The translations under genes were made by a program, and so were the position numbers. The notes beneath the pieces were generated by a model. That model was not told the origin of the DNA, ran no database searches, and saw nothing but the letters and a program-made list of their open reading frames with translations. From Lytechinus pictus (taxonomy: Eukaryota): a stretch of DNA of 64,000 nt. The stretch is taken from positions 25,794,001-25,858,000 of the forward strand of contig NC_087250.1 of the NCBI RefSeq assembly GCF_037042905.1, in the 5' to 3' direction. Below, in pieces: positions 1-11,698 of this stretch (position 1 is its first letter; each line of letters starts with the position of its first letter).

Positions 1-660
1 TCGTGTTCCAACTCCGGCGGATGGAGAACAAATATCGGTGTTTTTTTTATTTGGAAAATAAACAACAATAATAATAATAAAATCAAACCTGACAGATAGG
101 TTAAGAGTAAAGAACAATATATGCCTTTAAGAATGATACACTGCAAAATATCTGGTGTTTATTTAACACCAGCCCTAAATCTATATATGTCCACACCAGA
201 GAAGTGTTGAACACCGGTTCTGGTATTAGTCTAACACCAGATATTTTTTTTTATTTTTTTTTATTTTTTTATTAATTTGTATTAAAACAGCATTGGTTTG
301 ATTCCAAACTGGTGTTTCAATACTTCTCTGGTGTGGATATATATATATAGATTCCGAGCTGGTGTTAAATAAAAAAGAATGTTACACATAACAAAAACCC
401 CAAGTAAGAACATCGACAAAAGTAAACGGTCAATTATATATCACCATGGTAACATAAGGGGAAATAATATCACCCAAAACATATTGCGTGAATTATTAAT
501 GATGTCCTCAATATTCTATGACAAAGTTATCGGTATCATTTTTTTTTTATCTAGTAAATAACAATGACAATTTCAGTAAGGCTTACCACTTTTCTATTCT
601 AAGCGCTTTGCTATGTATTCCTTAAGTAATGCTGTCGTGTTTTATTAGTCATAGTCTCCA
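1..660. repeat. Locally duplicated block: 1-350 resembles 3694-4192 (includes a CACTG-terminated MITE piece); 373-660 resembles 1830-2135
   Basis: Shared strings TGTTCCAACTC(C/T)GGCGGATGGAGAAC, CACTGCAAAA, GATTCCAAACTGGTGTT, TTGCGTGAATTATTAATGAT. Confidence 0.8.
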
Positions 661-684
661 ATTTGGTGAGTAAGAACTTTCCTC

Positions 685-1406
685 GTTTTTTTTTTTTTTT
701 TCTTACAATAATTTTATTCATCAAAATATCAACATATGTACAATATTTACATACACTCGGTACATGTATTATACATACCAATAAAATACTACACTCCAAA
801 CGCTTATACATAACAGAAAACTTTAAGTAAGAACATCAACAAAAGTAAACAGTCAAGTGTAAAACCACCACGGTAACACGTTGGCACCTTTGTACGAAGC
901 CTAATTCGACGAAAAGGCCCTCCCCCAACCATTACTCTAAGCCAGGTGATGTACTCACTCCCTTTAAAACTACCCGCTTATGAATCAAGGCTTGCACACT
1001 TGCCATTCTCTAAAATTTATTACTTTCCCTTTAAACCCAAAGCACCGGCCAGGACTGCCAAGGATAATGGGCCATTCAGCCAATTATGTGACATTCTTGC
1101 AATTTCTGAGATGCCATAAAAAAAAAACATTGTGAGGTCATGATAACTCACACAAAGTATATTCTAACTTTACCCCCTTCTATTGAACATAATCTTGACC
1201 CTTTTACCCACAGCTGTTCAAACTGTCCCCTAGGTACTCTGTTAAAATCTATCTCTAATCTTAATCTAATCTCATTTTTAATTCTCAAAATTAACCCGTC
1301 ATCTGTAATTCTTTCCTTCGAAAACAAAAACCCGCATCGCTTAGCCCAAATAGCATTTTTTACAACGGTAAAAACAAACCAGGTTCGAGGCCAAGTAATA
1401 AGACTC
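685..1406 (-). mobile_element. 5'-truncated L1/Tx1-like LINE 3' end (ORF2 C-terminus, 3'UTR, poly-A)
   Basis: Open frame 1406->1148 reads TWFVFTVVKNAIWAKRC...IRLRLEIDF...FEQLW...LCSI...VRIYFV*; AATAAA and A-tail at about 717-685. Confidence 0.65.
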
Positions 1407-2177
1407 TAACCGTACAGATTTCTAATTAATTACGTAAAGAGATGTTGATGAAATATTTATATTATTAATTATATATACTTTAGCAGGTTAATTCAATGTT
1501 TGCTTATCATTGCATTATGACATTATTTTACAGTTGATTTTTACCTTATTTGACTTTTCAATAAGGTAAAGAGGCAGATAGATAAAGGTGTTCGTTGATG
1601 CAAAAATGAAATCAAAATGAGAAAAGTAATTTACTAGCCAGTGTAATCGATTGTTATCTTCACAATTATTTTTTTTAAATATCAATTTGTAGCTCCCGAT
1701 CATTTAGCAATACATTTGTCTCTTAATGATAAGTCTTTTTTATTATTTCAGTGATTCTATTCATGGAAATATTAACACATATAGATTATTTACATACACT
1801 CAGTTCATGTAATGCATGCAATGCAGTAAAAGGAATGTTACACATAACATAAAAACCTTGACTAATTACATCGACAAAAGTTAACAGTCAATAATTATAC
1901 CACCAAGGTAGATAGAGGGGAAATAATTTCACTCAAAACATAATTATTGCGTGAATTATTAATGATATCATCATTATTCTATGACAAAATTATCGGTATA
2001 AAATATTTGTTGTTGGTTCTAGCATAAAACAATGACAATTCAAAGATGGCTTCTTACTTTACTATTCTAAACGCTTTGCTATGCATTTCTTTAATACTCC
2101 TGTCGTATTTAATTAGTCATATTCTCTAATTTGGCATGTAAAGTGATTACAACAGATCTGAGCAATATCTAAAGGGA

Positions 2178-2348
2178 TGTGTGTATTTGAGTTTTTGTCA
2201 GACGTGTATCAATCAGATATTATTCTTTACGTCTGGGACCGACCTTTAACGTCACCATCCGAAAGACGTGACCAGGGCTCGTACCTCTGCATCAATTTGT
2301 AACTTCCCCACATAGCTTGGATTACAGGCGCACGCCACAACGCCCAGT
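2178..2348 (-). mobile_element. SINE with 7SL/Alu-domain-like head, copy 1
   Basis: Minus strand begins ACTGGGCGTTGTGGCGTGCGCCTGTAATCCAAGCTA; central GTCTTTCGGATGGTGACGTTAAAGGTCGGTCC; CA tail. Confidence 0.8.
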
Positions 2349-4954
2349 TCATTGGCTCAGACATATTCTTTTAAAGATGTAAACATATGCAAGTTAAAGA
2401 TGAATTAGGTGGAGTATTGTTAGAAATACATTGAAAGCAGTTTAAGAGAAATAGAAAATTAGCGTTTTTATAACCGAAGTTCATTGTATTCACTCTATGT
2501 GGAGAAGTTTTAATAGATGAATATGTAATGTTAACAACAAAAAGAATGACAATGAAACTTTAATTTCTTGTCAAATTATTTATTTTCTATAAGCACTTAG
2601 AGACATTCTTTGTGATAACCGCTATATAAATGATGTTAATTGTTATTTTTACTAAACTTATTGTTATTTACAACAAAGTAAATGGATTTATTGAGCATAC
2701 ATGCATACACAGTGTAACACTCCACAAGAGTATTTTTTCTTATGAATGCTTTCTTGTTTTGTTTATTTGTTACAGGGTTAATCAATTCAGTTGTTGAATG
2801 GTGCTTGATGCTACAAGATATTAAAGAAATGAACATGAATCTCATTACACGCCTATTCTGAGATCTCTTCATTGCAACGAGAATTTGAGATGTGAAAGTA
2901 TGGTGATTGAGTGATTGAGTCCATTACAGGCACTCTTTTTTTACCGTGAGTAATTTCTCATACTTTTGGAAGTTAAACTAATGAATCTATGATATAACTG
3001 GAATAAAAGTACATCACGGCCGTAATTCAATTGTTTTATTTTCGTATCAGGCACCACGTAAACAATTTTGGTGCCAGACAAAATTTGGTATAGTTAAATA
3101 CACGGTAAGCAAATATTTGCCTTTAGAATATGAAAATACAACAACAAAATACATAATTGAGACAGTTACTTTTTACATTTTTATCAGTTGATGGTAAAAA
3201 ATTATTTTGCTGTCAACATTTTAAACATCCCTTTTTTTTTTTAGATAAAAAAACTAATAAAAAGGGTCATTATTGACAAAAAAATGAAATCAAACCAAAG
3301 AAAAGTAATATTATTTATTCCTCATAATCGATTATTGTCTTACTAAATATCGAACTCCAGACATATTAGCATTTGTTATTTGATTTGTTACATTTCATAC
3401 AAAATTCACATTACAGTAGTCAACCTTAATAATTTGACAGAATATGATCATATGGTAAAAGTTTTTTAATTAAGCAGGAGCGAACAGAAAGCATTGATAG
3501 TGCTTGCCTAACATAAAATGACACGCTCAAATTACACCGTTAACGCATTCAAATCCATCCATATTTATTGTTCGAAACAGACATGAAATGAAATACTCCG
3601 AAAATTTGCTTTGCCTTGTTGATCGTGGGTCCGTTGTAGCGGCCGATCCGGTGCTTAGCAGATACGGTGCTAGGATAACTATCTGAGGGCGGGTTGTGTT
3701 CCAACTCTGGCGGATGGAGAACCAATATCGTTCATGCTATCGTTTCTCGATCTGCATGCACATCGTATCTATTTCCTTCAAAATTATTTAGGACCTGCCA
3801 TTTATGTTTTTCTATTTTGATTGGAAAAAAAATACTAATAAAAAACAAACCGCGGCAACCTGGCAGATATGGTTGAGAGTAAAGAACAATATATGCCATT
3901 AAGAACAATACACTGCAAAAACTCCGGTGTTGATTTAACACCAGCCCTGGACCTATGTCCGCACCAGTTAAAGGCAATTTACGTGTTTCGGAATTACGAA
4001 CCTTCGGAATTACGAAGTGTAACCGATTTAACACCAGTCCTGAATCATTGTCCACACCAGATAAGTGTTAAACAACGGTTTTGGTATTAGTCTAACACCA
4101 GATAAGTGTTAATACAACACCAATTAGTATTAAAACAGCATCGGTTTGATTCCAAACTGGTGTTGTTTCAATACTTCTCTGGTGTGAATATATGAAGAGC
4201 TCACTTGCTATAGGGGTTAGGTCCATTTTTCATCAATTTTTTTTTTTTGTCTCAATGTATAGATTTTTAGTAGCTCTATAAGATGATTCCAAAGAAAAGT
4301 TAAAATTCTCATTAAAAAGTGATCTAAAATGGCAAAGAAAAATCCCTTTTTTCAAAAGGGGTTAGGTCCATTTCAGTTTGGTTGCAAAAGGGGTTAGGTC
4401 CACACAGTATTTTTTTGGAAAAGAATATTTAAAAAATATGAAGACAGGTAAATTTCTTTTATACCCAATTTTATGTTCTCATGGTAGGGTGTCATGAAAA
4501 TTTATTTTCGCATAAGAATGTTGCCATAATTATGGGAGAATAAAAAAAAAGATTTTCTAGGAGTGGACCTAACCCCTTTTGAAGAGCTAATTTGTCAAAA
4601 GGGGTTAGGTCCATTGTTCATAAATTTTTATTGTATTCTGTCTCAAAACCTCTAAATTTTAGTTATTCTGATGAAAACAACAAAAAATAGAAATTCACAT
4701 GAAAACGTGAATAAAAGTGGCAAAGACAAATAACTTTTTTTAATAAAAATAGATTGGATTCATTTCAGTTTAGTTGCAAAGGGGGGGGGGGGGGGTGGCA
4801 GGGTGGGCAGACTGCCTCCCTGACGAGTCACAACCCATGCAAGGGACGTATCCCTGCCCCCTTCCCCTGACGACCTGACGAGCCACCAGTGATCCCCTCC
4901 TTTTAAGTCGATAACTTCTAAAGAACTCACGGTAGGTTTCTTGAAAGCTAAAAT

Positions 4955-5355
4955 ATGGAGATTCCATACGTGTCGTACGGGACATTTTGTCAACCTTTTC
5001 TAGTCTCTTAGCTGATTGCTTGAGCAATGAAAAATTATAGTTGGTCAATAATAAAGTTAAAGTGGGTAGTCATGTGCAAAACTGATTACCAACAAAAAAA
5101 TATTTGATTATGGCTGAATTAACAGATTAAGGGCAAAGATGGTGTGTGTCGTATGGAACTCAGAAATGTCCCGTACGACACGCAACATTTTCACCTCTAA
5201 TTCAGCCATGGACAGCATATTTTTGTTGGTTGTCATTTTTTTACATGTATACCCAGTAGTAGTCTATTATTACCACAAAACAAATTGAGGTTCTTCGCTC
5301 GTTTGGAAAATAGGTTGAAAAATGGTGCGAAAATATTTCTAGCATGGAATCGCCC
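4955..5355. mobile_element. MITE-like repeat ending in ATGGAATCGCCC; related copy at about 46325-46663
   Basis: Terminal GGAGATTCCAT / ATGGAATCGCCC inverted match; internal CTCAGAAATGTCCCG(T/C)ACGACAC shared between copies. Confidence 0.6.
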
Positions 5356-6164
5356 AGTAGCAGTTTTTTCTCTTGTATGCAGATGGACATAAAGCAGTCG
5401 ATTACCATGATAGCATAAAATGAAATATTTGTTTACAATTATTGTTTACAATATTAACTTGAATAATACACATCATCCAGGAAGACTACAAACATATTTT
5501 TATTAATGATTTTTACTTTTATTCATTAAAAAAAAAATGTTTCTCAAAACACGTGGTTTCTTTGTAAATTATTTTTTTTAAACAGTGCGGATTACTTTTA
5601 ATTTCAACTGTGTATATATATTTTTTATTTTATATTACTTTCCATCCAACCTTATGTTACTGAATTTAATTAATAGTATCAATATAATACAGGCGAGCCT
5701 CAACAGGCTTTGTTGAAGGTAATTTAGCATTCCTGACCAAAAATAATGTTCACAAAATATAAAAGAAAAAGGGAAAAACTTTGCTAAATATTTGAGGAAA
5801 ATACTGTCAACGTAAATAAAGTTATGATATTCAAATTTGTTGATTTGTGACGTCATATACGAGCTGCTGTTCCATATATTATGTAATATAACACAATTGA
5901 AATAACAAATAATCCGCACACTTCTTAAGAAAAAAAATCGCATTTTGAAAACATTTTCCTTAAAAAATGAATAAATAAATTAAAAAAATAAAAATATGTT
6001 TGTTTTCTTCTTGAATGATGTGTATCATTCCGGTAAATCGTGATATTGTCAAAGATTATTAATTTCATTTCGATCATTTGCGGTTTGAATGTCAAAGGTC
6101 AAAGTTGTAGGTTCCAATCTAATCAAACAGTGCATAGTTACACCCCAATATGTATATAACTTCT

Positions 6165-6400
6165 GTTTCTGTTTCTGATTATGGTAACTCCCGTAAGACC
6201 TCGGCAGGACATAATTTTGTTCGTAAACGCCAAGCTGGTATATAACCAACTTACTTGGAAACATTTTATGTCTAGGTTAATCAGTCATAGCGGCTGACCA
6301 TATAGACGACATATATCCCTCTCGAGCCTTTTCAAAGTGGTCGAACTTACAACCTTGCGATTATGAGTACAGTGCTCTAACCGCTGGACCACACGACCCA
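6165..6400 (-). mobile_element. Degenerate tRNA-derived SINE
   Basis: Minus strand GGGTCGTGTGGTCCAGCGGTTAGAGCACTG...GTAAGTTCGACCAC (A/B boxes); CAGAAA tail. Confidence 0.6.
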
Positions 6401-6410
6401 TATACTAGTA

Positions 6411-7531
6411 CAGTGGCGTAACTACAGGGGGGGGGGGGCATGGGGGGGCACGTGCCCCCCCCCCCCCCCAATCGGCTGACAAAAAAAAAAAAACAAAAAA
6501 AAAACCGGGGTAAAGGAGAAAAAGAGGGAGAAAGGAAGAGAAACTAAATGGGAAAGAAGACATTATTGTTCATTATAATGAAAACCTCCCGTTTTCAAGT
6601 CAATATACACCAAACTGCCAAATATATTTCCTCGCACTTCGAGTAATTATTGTTTTATGTACAATAGTATGCTTCTTTTTCATGACTACTTAAAGTGATT
6701 GCCCCATTTTAAGGTCTTAATATAAAACATTTCCTGTCCATGATTACGTTCGCAGTAGTGGATTGGTGAAATAATGTCTGCTCTCCATGAATTCCTAGAA
6801 TCTGTCCTTAAAATGTCCCTTTTTCTAATCTGAATATCAAAAATTTTCAGCTCGCGCTTCGCGCTCGCATCATTTGGTTACTAGTAGTTAACTACGTATT
6901 GTCTTCGTGAATTCCTACATTTAAAATGCTCCTCTTCAGGTCTGAATTTCCTAAATTTTCAGCTCAGGCTTCGCGCTCGCAAGATTTGATTAGTGAGATG
7001 GGTATGTTAATCATGATTACAAGTGCTTTATGTGCATGTTTAGATGTAATTCTAACAAAATCAGCAAGCGCTTATTGGCACTCGCATTAGATGACTATGG
7101 TGAGATGTGTATACTCTTAATGGATTCCTAAAATATAGTCCTTAAAATCTTCCTGTTTTGGGGTCAATATTTACAAAAATTTCAGCTCGCGCTTCGCGCT
7201 CGCATTATGTAGCGAGACAGGTACGTATCATGATTACAAAAGATTGATTATAATGTCCCTTTTTATGTCTGAATATCAAAAATTTTAAGCTCGCGCTTCG
7301 CGCTCGCATTATTTGACCAGTGAGAGACATATCCGTTTAATGGCACTGTCCTTAAAATGTATATTAGGTCAGTATACCTGGCGACTGGGTGCGCTTTGCG
7401 CGCTCACTTAGTGACTCTAAATTTTTGCTGGTGCCCCCCCCCCCAATGCCGTGACCCGCGCTCACTTAGTGACTCAAAATTTTTGCTGGTGCCCCCCCCC
7501 CCCCCATGCCGTGACCCACGGTACGCCACTG
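6411..7531. mobile_element. Non-autonomous hAT-type DNA transposon
   Basis: TIR CAGTGGCGTA/TACGCCACTG; 8-bp TSD TACTAGTA; internal repeated GCTCGCGCTTCGCGCTCGC; related copy from 52074. Confidence 0.9.
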
Positions 7532-7631
7532 TACTAGTATATGTATCCCTTTGCATCTAACCAATATAACATAAGTCAATTCAATTTATGTTGATGATAA
7601 CTTCGGTCCAATCCCATATCTGTGTACAGTG

Positions 7632-7799
7632 CACTAGCGTACCTACGGGGGGGGGGGGCAGGGGGGGCACTCTGCCCCCCCTGACGAGTCACAACCCATG
7701 CAAAAACGTATCTTTGCCCCCCCTGACGGGCTTGAAAAACCTTTTTTGCCCCCCTGACGAGCTTTAAGACCTCTAATGCCCCCCTGACGAGCTTGAAGA

Positions 7800-7851
<52 letters not shown>

Positions 7852-7961
7852 TGTCAAATTTTTTCTGGAACGAAATCCTTTATTTGTGATCGAAGACCTT
7901 TTTTTTTTTTTTTGCTTGTCAAATTTTTTCTGGAACGAAATCCTTTATTTGTGATCGAAGA

Positions 7962-7998
<37 letters not shown>

Positions 7999-8058
7999 TG
8001 TCAAATTTTTGGGCGGACGGTTTTGCCCCCCCTGTGGAAAATCCTAGGTACGCCACTG
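7632..8058. mobile_element. hAT-type MITE
   Basis: Termini CACTAGCGTACCTA / TAGGTACGCCACTG; 8-bp TSD GTACAGTG. Confidence 0.9.
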
Positions 8059-8411
8059 GTACAGTGCATTATGCATGTTTCGTTTTCTATCATGCTTTTT
8101 CATGTTTAGCATTTTTTGTCTTTCTAAGATTATTACTGAAAGAAAATAAGTGTAATGATTCATCAAAGACACTACAAGAGTAAGATCGGACACTTCGGCG
8201 ATTTTTGAAACGCTCAATTCGCTTCTTCACATAAGCGCGGGATTAATAAAATTAAAAATAAAACATATGGGGAAAATAAGAGAGGGCACAAGAGCGACTC
8301 ATTAAATAATTCCACTTTTTCTTTCTTTGCCAGAAACCTCCAAAATATCTGATTTTATAAAAAAAGATATTGAAAAAATTGAAAAATCGTCTATTCCTTC
8401 GCCCCTCCACC

Positions 8412-8591
8412 CACTAGCGTACCTATGGGAAATGTCCTTTATATCCCGTTAAGGACCTTTTTTTTTTTGCTTGTCAATTTTTTTTCTGGTACAAAATCCT
8501 TTATTTGTGGTTGAAGACCCTTTGTTTGCTTGTCAATTTTTTGGCGGACGATATTGCCCCCCCCCCGTGGAAAATCCTAGGTACGACACTG
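8412..8591. mobile_element. hAT-type MITE, shorter member of the same family
   Basis: Same termini; 8-bp TSD CCTCCACC. Confidence 0.9.
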
Positions 8592-9213
8592 CCTCCACCT
8601 TTTCTCTCATGTGTTTTGTACACAACCATCTCGCGATACGCGATTGTCTATTTATTCAACGCTAGAGAGCGCTCTTTGCTCGATTACTTGTCCAGACTTC
8701 CTCTTGTAGTGTCTTTTATTTCATATTACACTTATAATTTATTCCCGAAAATCTACACATAATAGGAAGAATGCTATAGACATGATAATACTAACTATGC
8801 TATTAAAAAATGCCCAAGGCTGCGAAGGTTGCAACCAACCTAAATTTAGTTCGGAAACCATCTAGATCATTTCTTAGAATGCTTTATATTTGCTGTCCCT
8901 TTACAAGTAAATTCTTGATCAATGGCTGTCTTCTCTAACAAGAGCCTGTTTACCAATTCACCCATAAATGCACTTAGCAACTTTTTCCATTTCATTTACA
9001 TGGATTTTGGGGCTGTCTGCTGGACTGACATTTTTCTGATCATGCGTAGAATGGAACTATGAACTTGCTTATTGTCTCCCATTGCCCTGCTCCCATTAGG
9101 TAAATAATCTAATATCTTTTTTTTTTATTATACATGTCAAAACTAGCCATGTAAATCGTCAGATATACACAATGGATTACCATTCGCACAGATTTGAGTT
9201 TTTTGAGAACTTA

Positions 9214-9246
<33 letters not shown>

Positions 9247-9251
<5 letters not shown>

Positions 9252-9401
9252 CAAAAACTGTGGTGTTCACCGGTGTACATAGAGGACCACACCAGTTATT
9301 TTACACCAGCGTTAAATTGGTGGTGTTATTTTAACACCTCAGGGTGTGGTCCTCTATTAACACCAATTGGTGTCAGTTTTAACACCACAGTTTTTACAGT
9401 G
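9247..9401. mobile_element. CACTG/CACAG-terminated MITE inserted in (TA)n
   Basis: TIR CACAGCAAAAACTGTGGTGTT / AACACCACAGTTTTTACAGTG; TA flanks. Confidence 0.85.
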
Positions 9402-9977
9402 TATATATATATATTAAAGGGTATCTACTTGTATCTACTATATATACTAAAAGGATCCACTTGAACTTTGAACTTTATTTGCATATTTCTGTCTACCCCC
9501 TTCTGGGTATGAGAAATTTATATTTAGCATGTATAATATATTGTATGATACAAGACGACGGCATTTAAGAGAAAACATTAAAATATAACACACCCTTTTT
9601 TACAATATGGCAGTTAACATACATGTACATGACATGCAGGTTTGCATAACATACTTGTAAAATCCACTTTCTAAAATCAGTCAGTAGGTATTATTTTTAA
9701 AAACTAGGCAAGTCTTGACAACACCATTGGGTCATTGGTATCAAATAGCATGGATTTATTCTGCGTATTTGGGCAAATTCTAAAATAAGATGGAATATAC
9801 TTAATCCTGTCATCTGAGAAAAAAAAAAGGATTTCGGAAAATAAAATGAAATTAATCTCCCATTATATTAAATTCACATCGGTTACTTCCCTCTGGTGTA
9901 GGAATGTTTGCCTAACGACCAGTAATACACGGAAGACGGTGATAATAAATTTACCCGGAGTTCGAAAACCAGCTAAT

Positions 9978-10399
9978 AGCTGGTTTTCGCCCAGCGTCGT
10001 ACGACGTAGAACGTAAGGGTCGTGTGCAAAAATTGCCAACTTCCATGGAAACAGAGGCCCAAGCGATCTTGAGCTCAAATCACGGACGGTTCTTCCGCAA
10101 ATTAGCGGGCGTCCGCATTAGAACGTAGGATTTGTCAACAGCCGTCAACAGCCAATCAGATCGCTTGTAGAGCGAGCAAGCTGAGCTGAGCCGCGCCGAC
10201 AGCCAGTTTATAGAGCGCGGGCGCGGGATTTTCCCTAGTAGTGGTGACGTCATGCAGTCTACATACTTCCGGTCGATCCGGCCGCGATCAGCGATTTGCG
10301 AAACTGCTTACAAGCGAGAGTTGAGCGCGACGGACGCACGAACCAAGAGATCGTTCTACGTCGTTGATAGCGTCGTACGACGCTGGGCGAAAGCACACT
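9978..10399. mobile_element. CpG-rich PIF/Harbinger-like MITE
   Basis: 22-bp perfect inverted repeat TTTCGCCCAGCGTCGTACGACG (9985-10006 / 10371-10392); AAT on both flanks as 3-bp TSD. Confidence 0.7.
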
Positions 10400-11009
10400 A
10401 ATACCAGCGCGGAAACACGGCGAAAGGAAGAATCTGTTCTCACATGGTCTGACTTTTGTAATCTTGTTCAACACCGAGCAAATGAATGCTGGTGCCGGAA
10501 AAAATGGGGTTATTTTGCACTCAACCCATAGGTGATAATTGCGGAGTGGAAAGTAAAGAATATATAAACAATATAGTATATAATTTTAATAGTTTACCAT
10601 CATATAATAACTTTTTTTGGTATCGTTATGGTAAAAAAAAAATTTTTTTTACAAAAATCAATTTATTTTATAATTTTATTAAGAAACAAATAGTGAAATA
10701 GGCAAAAATACGGTTTGTTAATGTAAAAAGGAGAAAAAATTAACACATTACAAATGTCACTAATTTGTAATCGATTATGTATTTTCCGCATTTATTTTGT
10801 GAACACCCCCTCAGATTGATGTCTCGCTAATGGGGCATTACAAGAAACTTAGGATCAATTGCCGGTCTTTTTTTATAAATTCTATATATTTTGTTCTTGC
10901 TGAAGTGTCTCAGATTGACAAAAAAAAAAAAAAAAAGGTTTAGTTCTTTTTAATGATAATTATGGTTCGACAGTGAATTTCATTTCACTACATTTTCAAG
11001 GAAATAAAC

Positions 11010-11698
11010 AAAGAAAGAGAAAGTCGATGATGTACATCACTTACTATTTCTTGTGTTTTTGTATTGTTTGAATAATACAATATTTCAATTTTTACAAATT
11101 TAACAATAAGGACCAAACTTAACTTGGTGGTGGTGGTGGTGGTGGTGGTGGTGATTTTTTACCTGATTGCTAAGAAAGCATGAATGCTTGTAAGCAAGCA
11201 ACCAGAGGACCGACGGCTTAAGGTCCTCTCCGAAGGACCTGGTACTGAGGATTAATGCCTTACCAAAGGGCACTAGCGCACCAAGTGGGAATCGAACCCG
11301 GGTCACCGGAATACAAGTCCCCCGCTCTACCGACTGAGCTATCGCGCCTCCATAAACTTAACCTCCATAACTTAACCATAAACTGTTAATATAATGGTAA
11401 TTCCATATGTTCAGGGAGCAACAAAACTTTTTTTCACTTGCCAAAGAGGAGAAAATTATAATTTTTCATATTTCATACAATGAAATACAAAAGAAATAGT
11501 GATTGGGTGACGTCATCAGTCTGCCAATTTGCATACCGACCAGGATGTGCATGCAACTGTTTTGTGAAATTAAGCGAAACATTAAAATGTCATAACTTTC
11601 TGATTTTACATCCGATTTTGATGAAATTTTCAGTGTTTTGCTTGTTGGATTTTTCTCCTTTTTTTCAAATTAACTTTTTGTTGCGGTGGACTTGTCCT
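11010..11698. mobile_element. Partial TTAA-flanked (Kolobok-like) MITE interrupted by a SINE
   Basis: Ends GTGGACTTGTCCT|TTAA; same family as 24216-24794 and 30995-31587. Confidence 0.75.
11124..11351 (-). mobile_element. tRNA-derived SINE with (CAC)n tail; degenerate copies at about 12752-12925 and 45388-45466
   Basis: GGAGGCGCGATAGCTCAGTCGGTAGAGC (A box), GGTTCGATTCCC (B box), non-tRNA body. Confidence 0.88.

Noticed and set aside
4195..4620. GGGGTTAGG words as interstitial telomeric repeats
   Set aside because: Dispersed AGGGGTTAGGTCCA motifs in both orientations, not (TTAGGG)n; more likely transposon subterminal repeats.
6840..7320. Regularly spaced GCTCGCGCTTCGCGCTCGC repeats as a CRISPR-like array
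   Set aside because: Eukaryotic context, spacers related to each other, no cas genes; internal repeats of a hAT element with an 8-bp TSD.
11270..11351. tRNA-like sequences (also at 15244, 15620-15870, 44950-45030, 57500-57564) as tRNA genes
   Set aside because: They have A/B boxes but run into SINE bodies and simple-repeat tails, with no proper acceptor stem or terminator.
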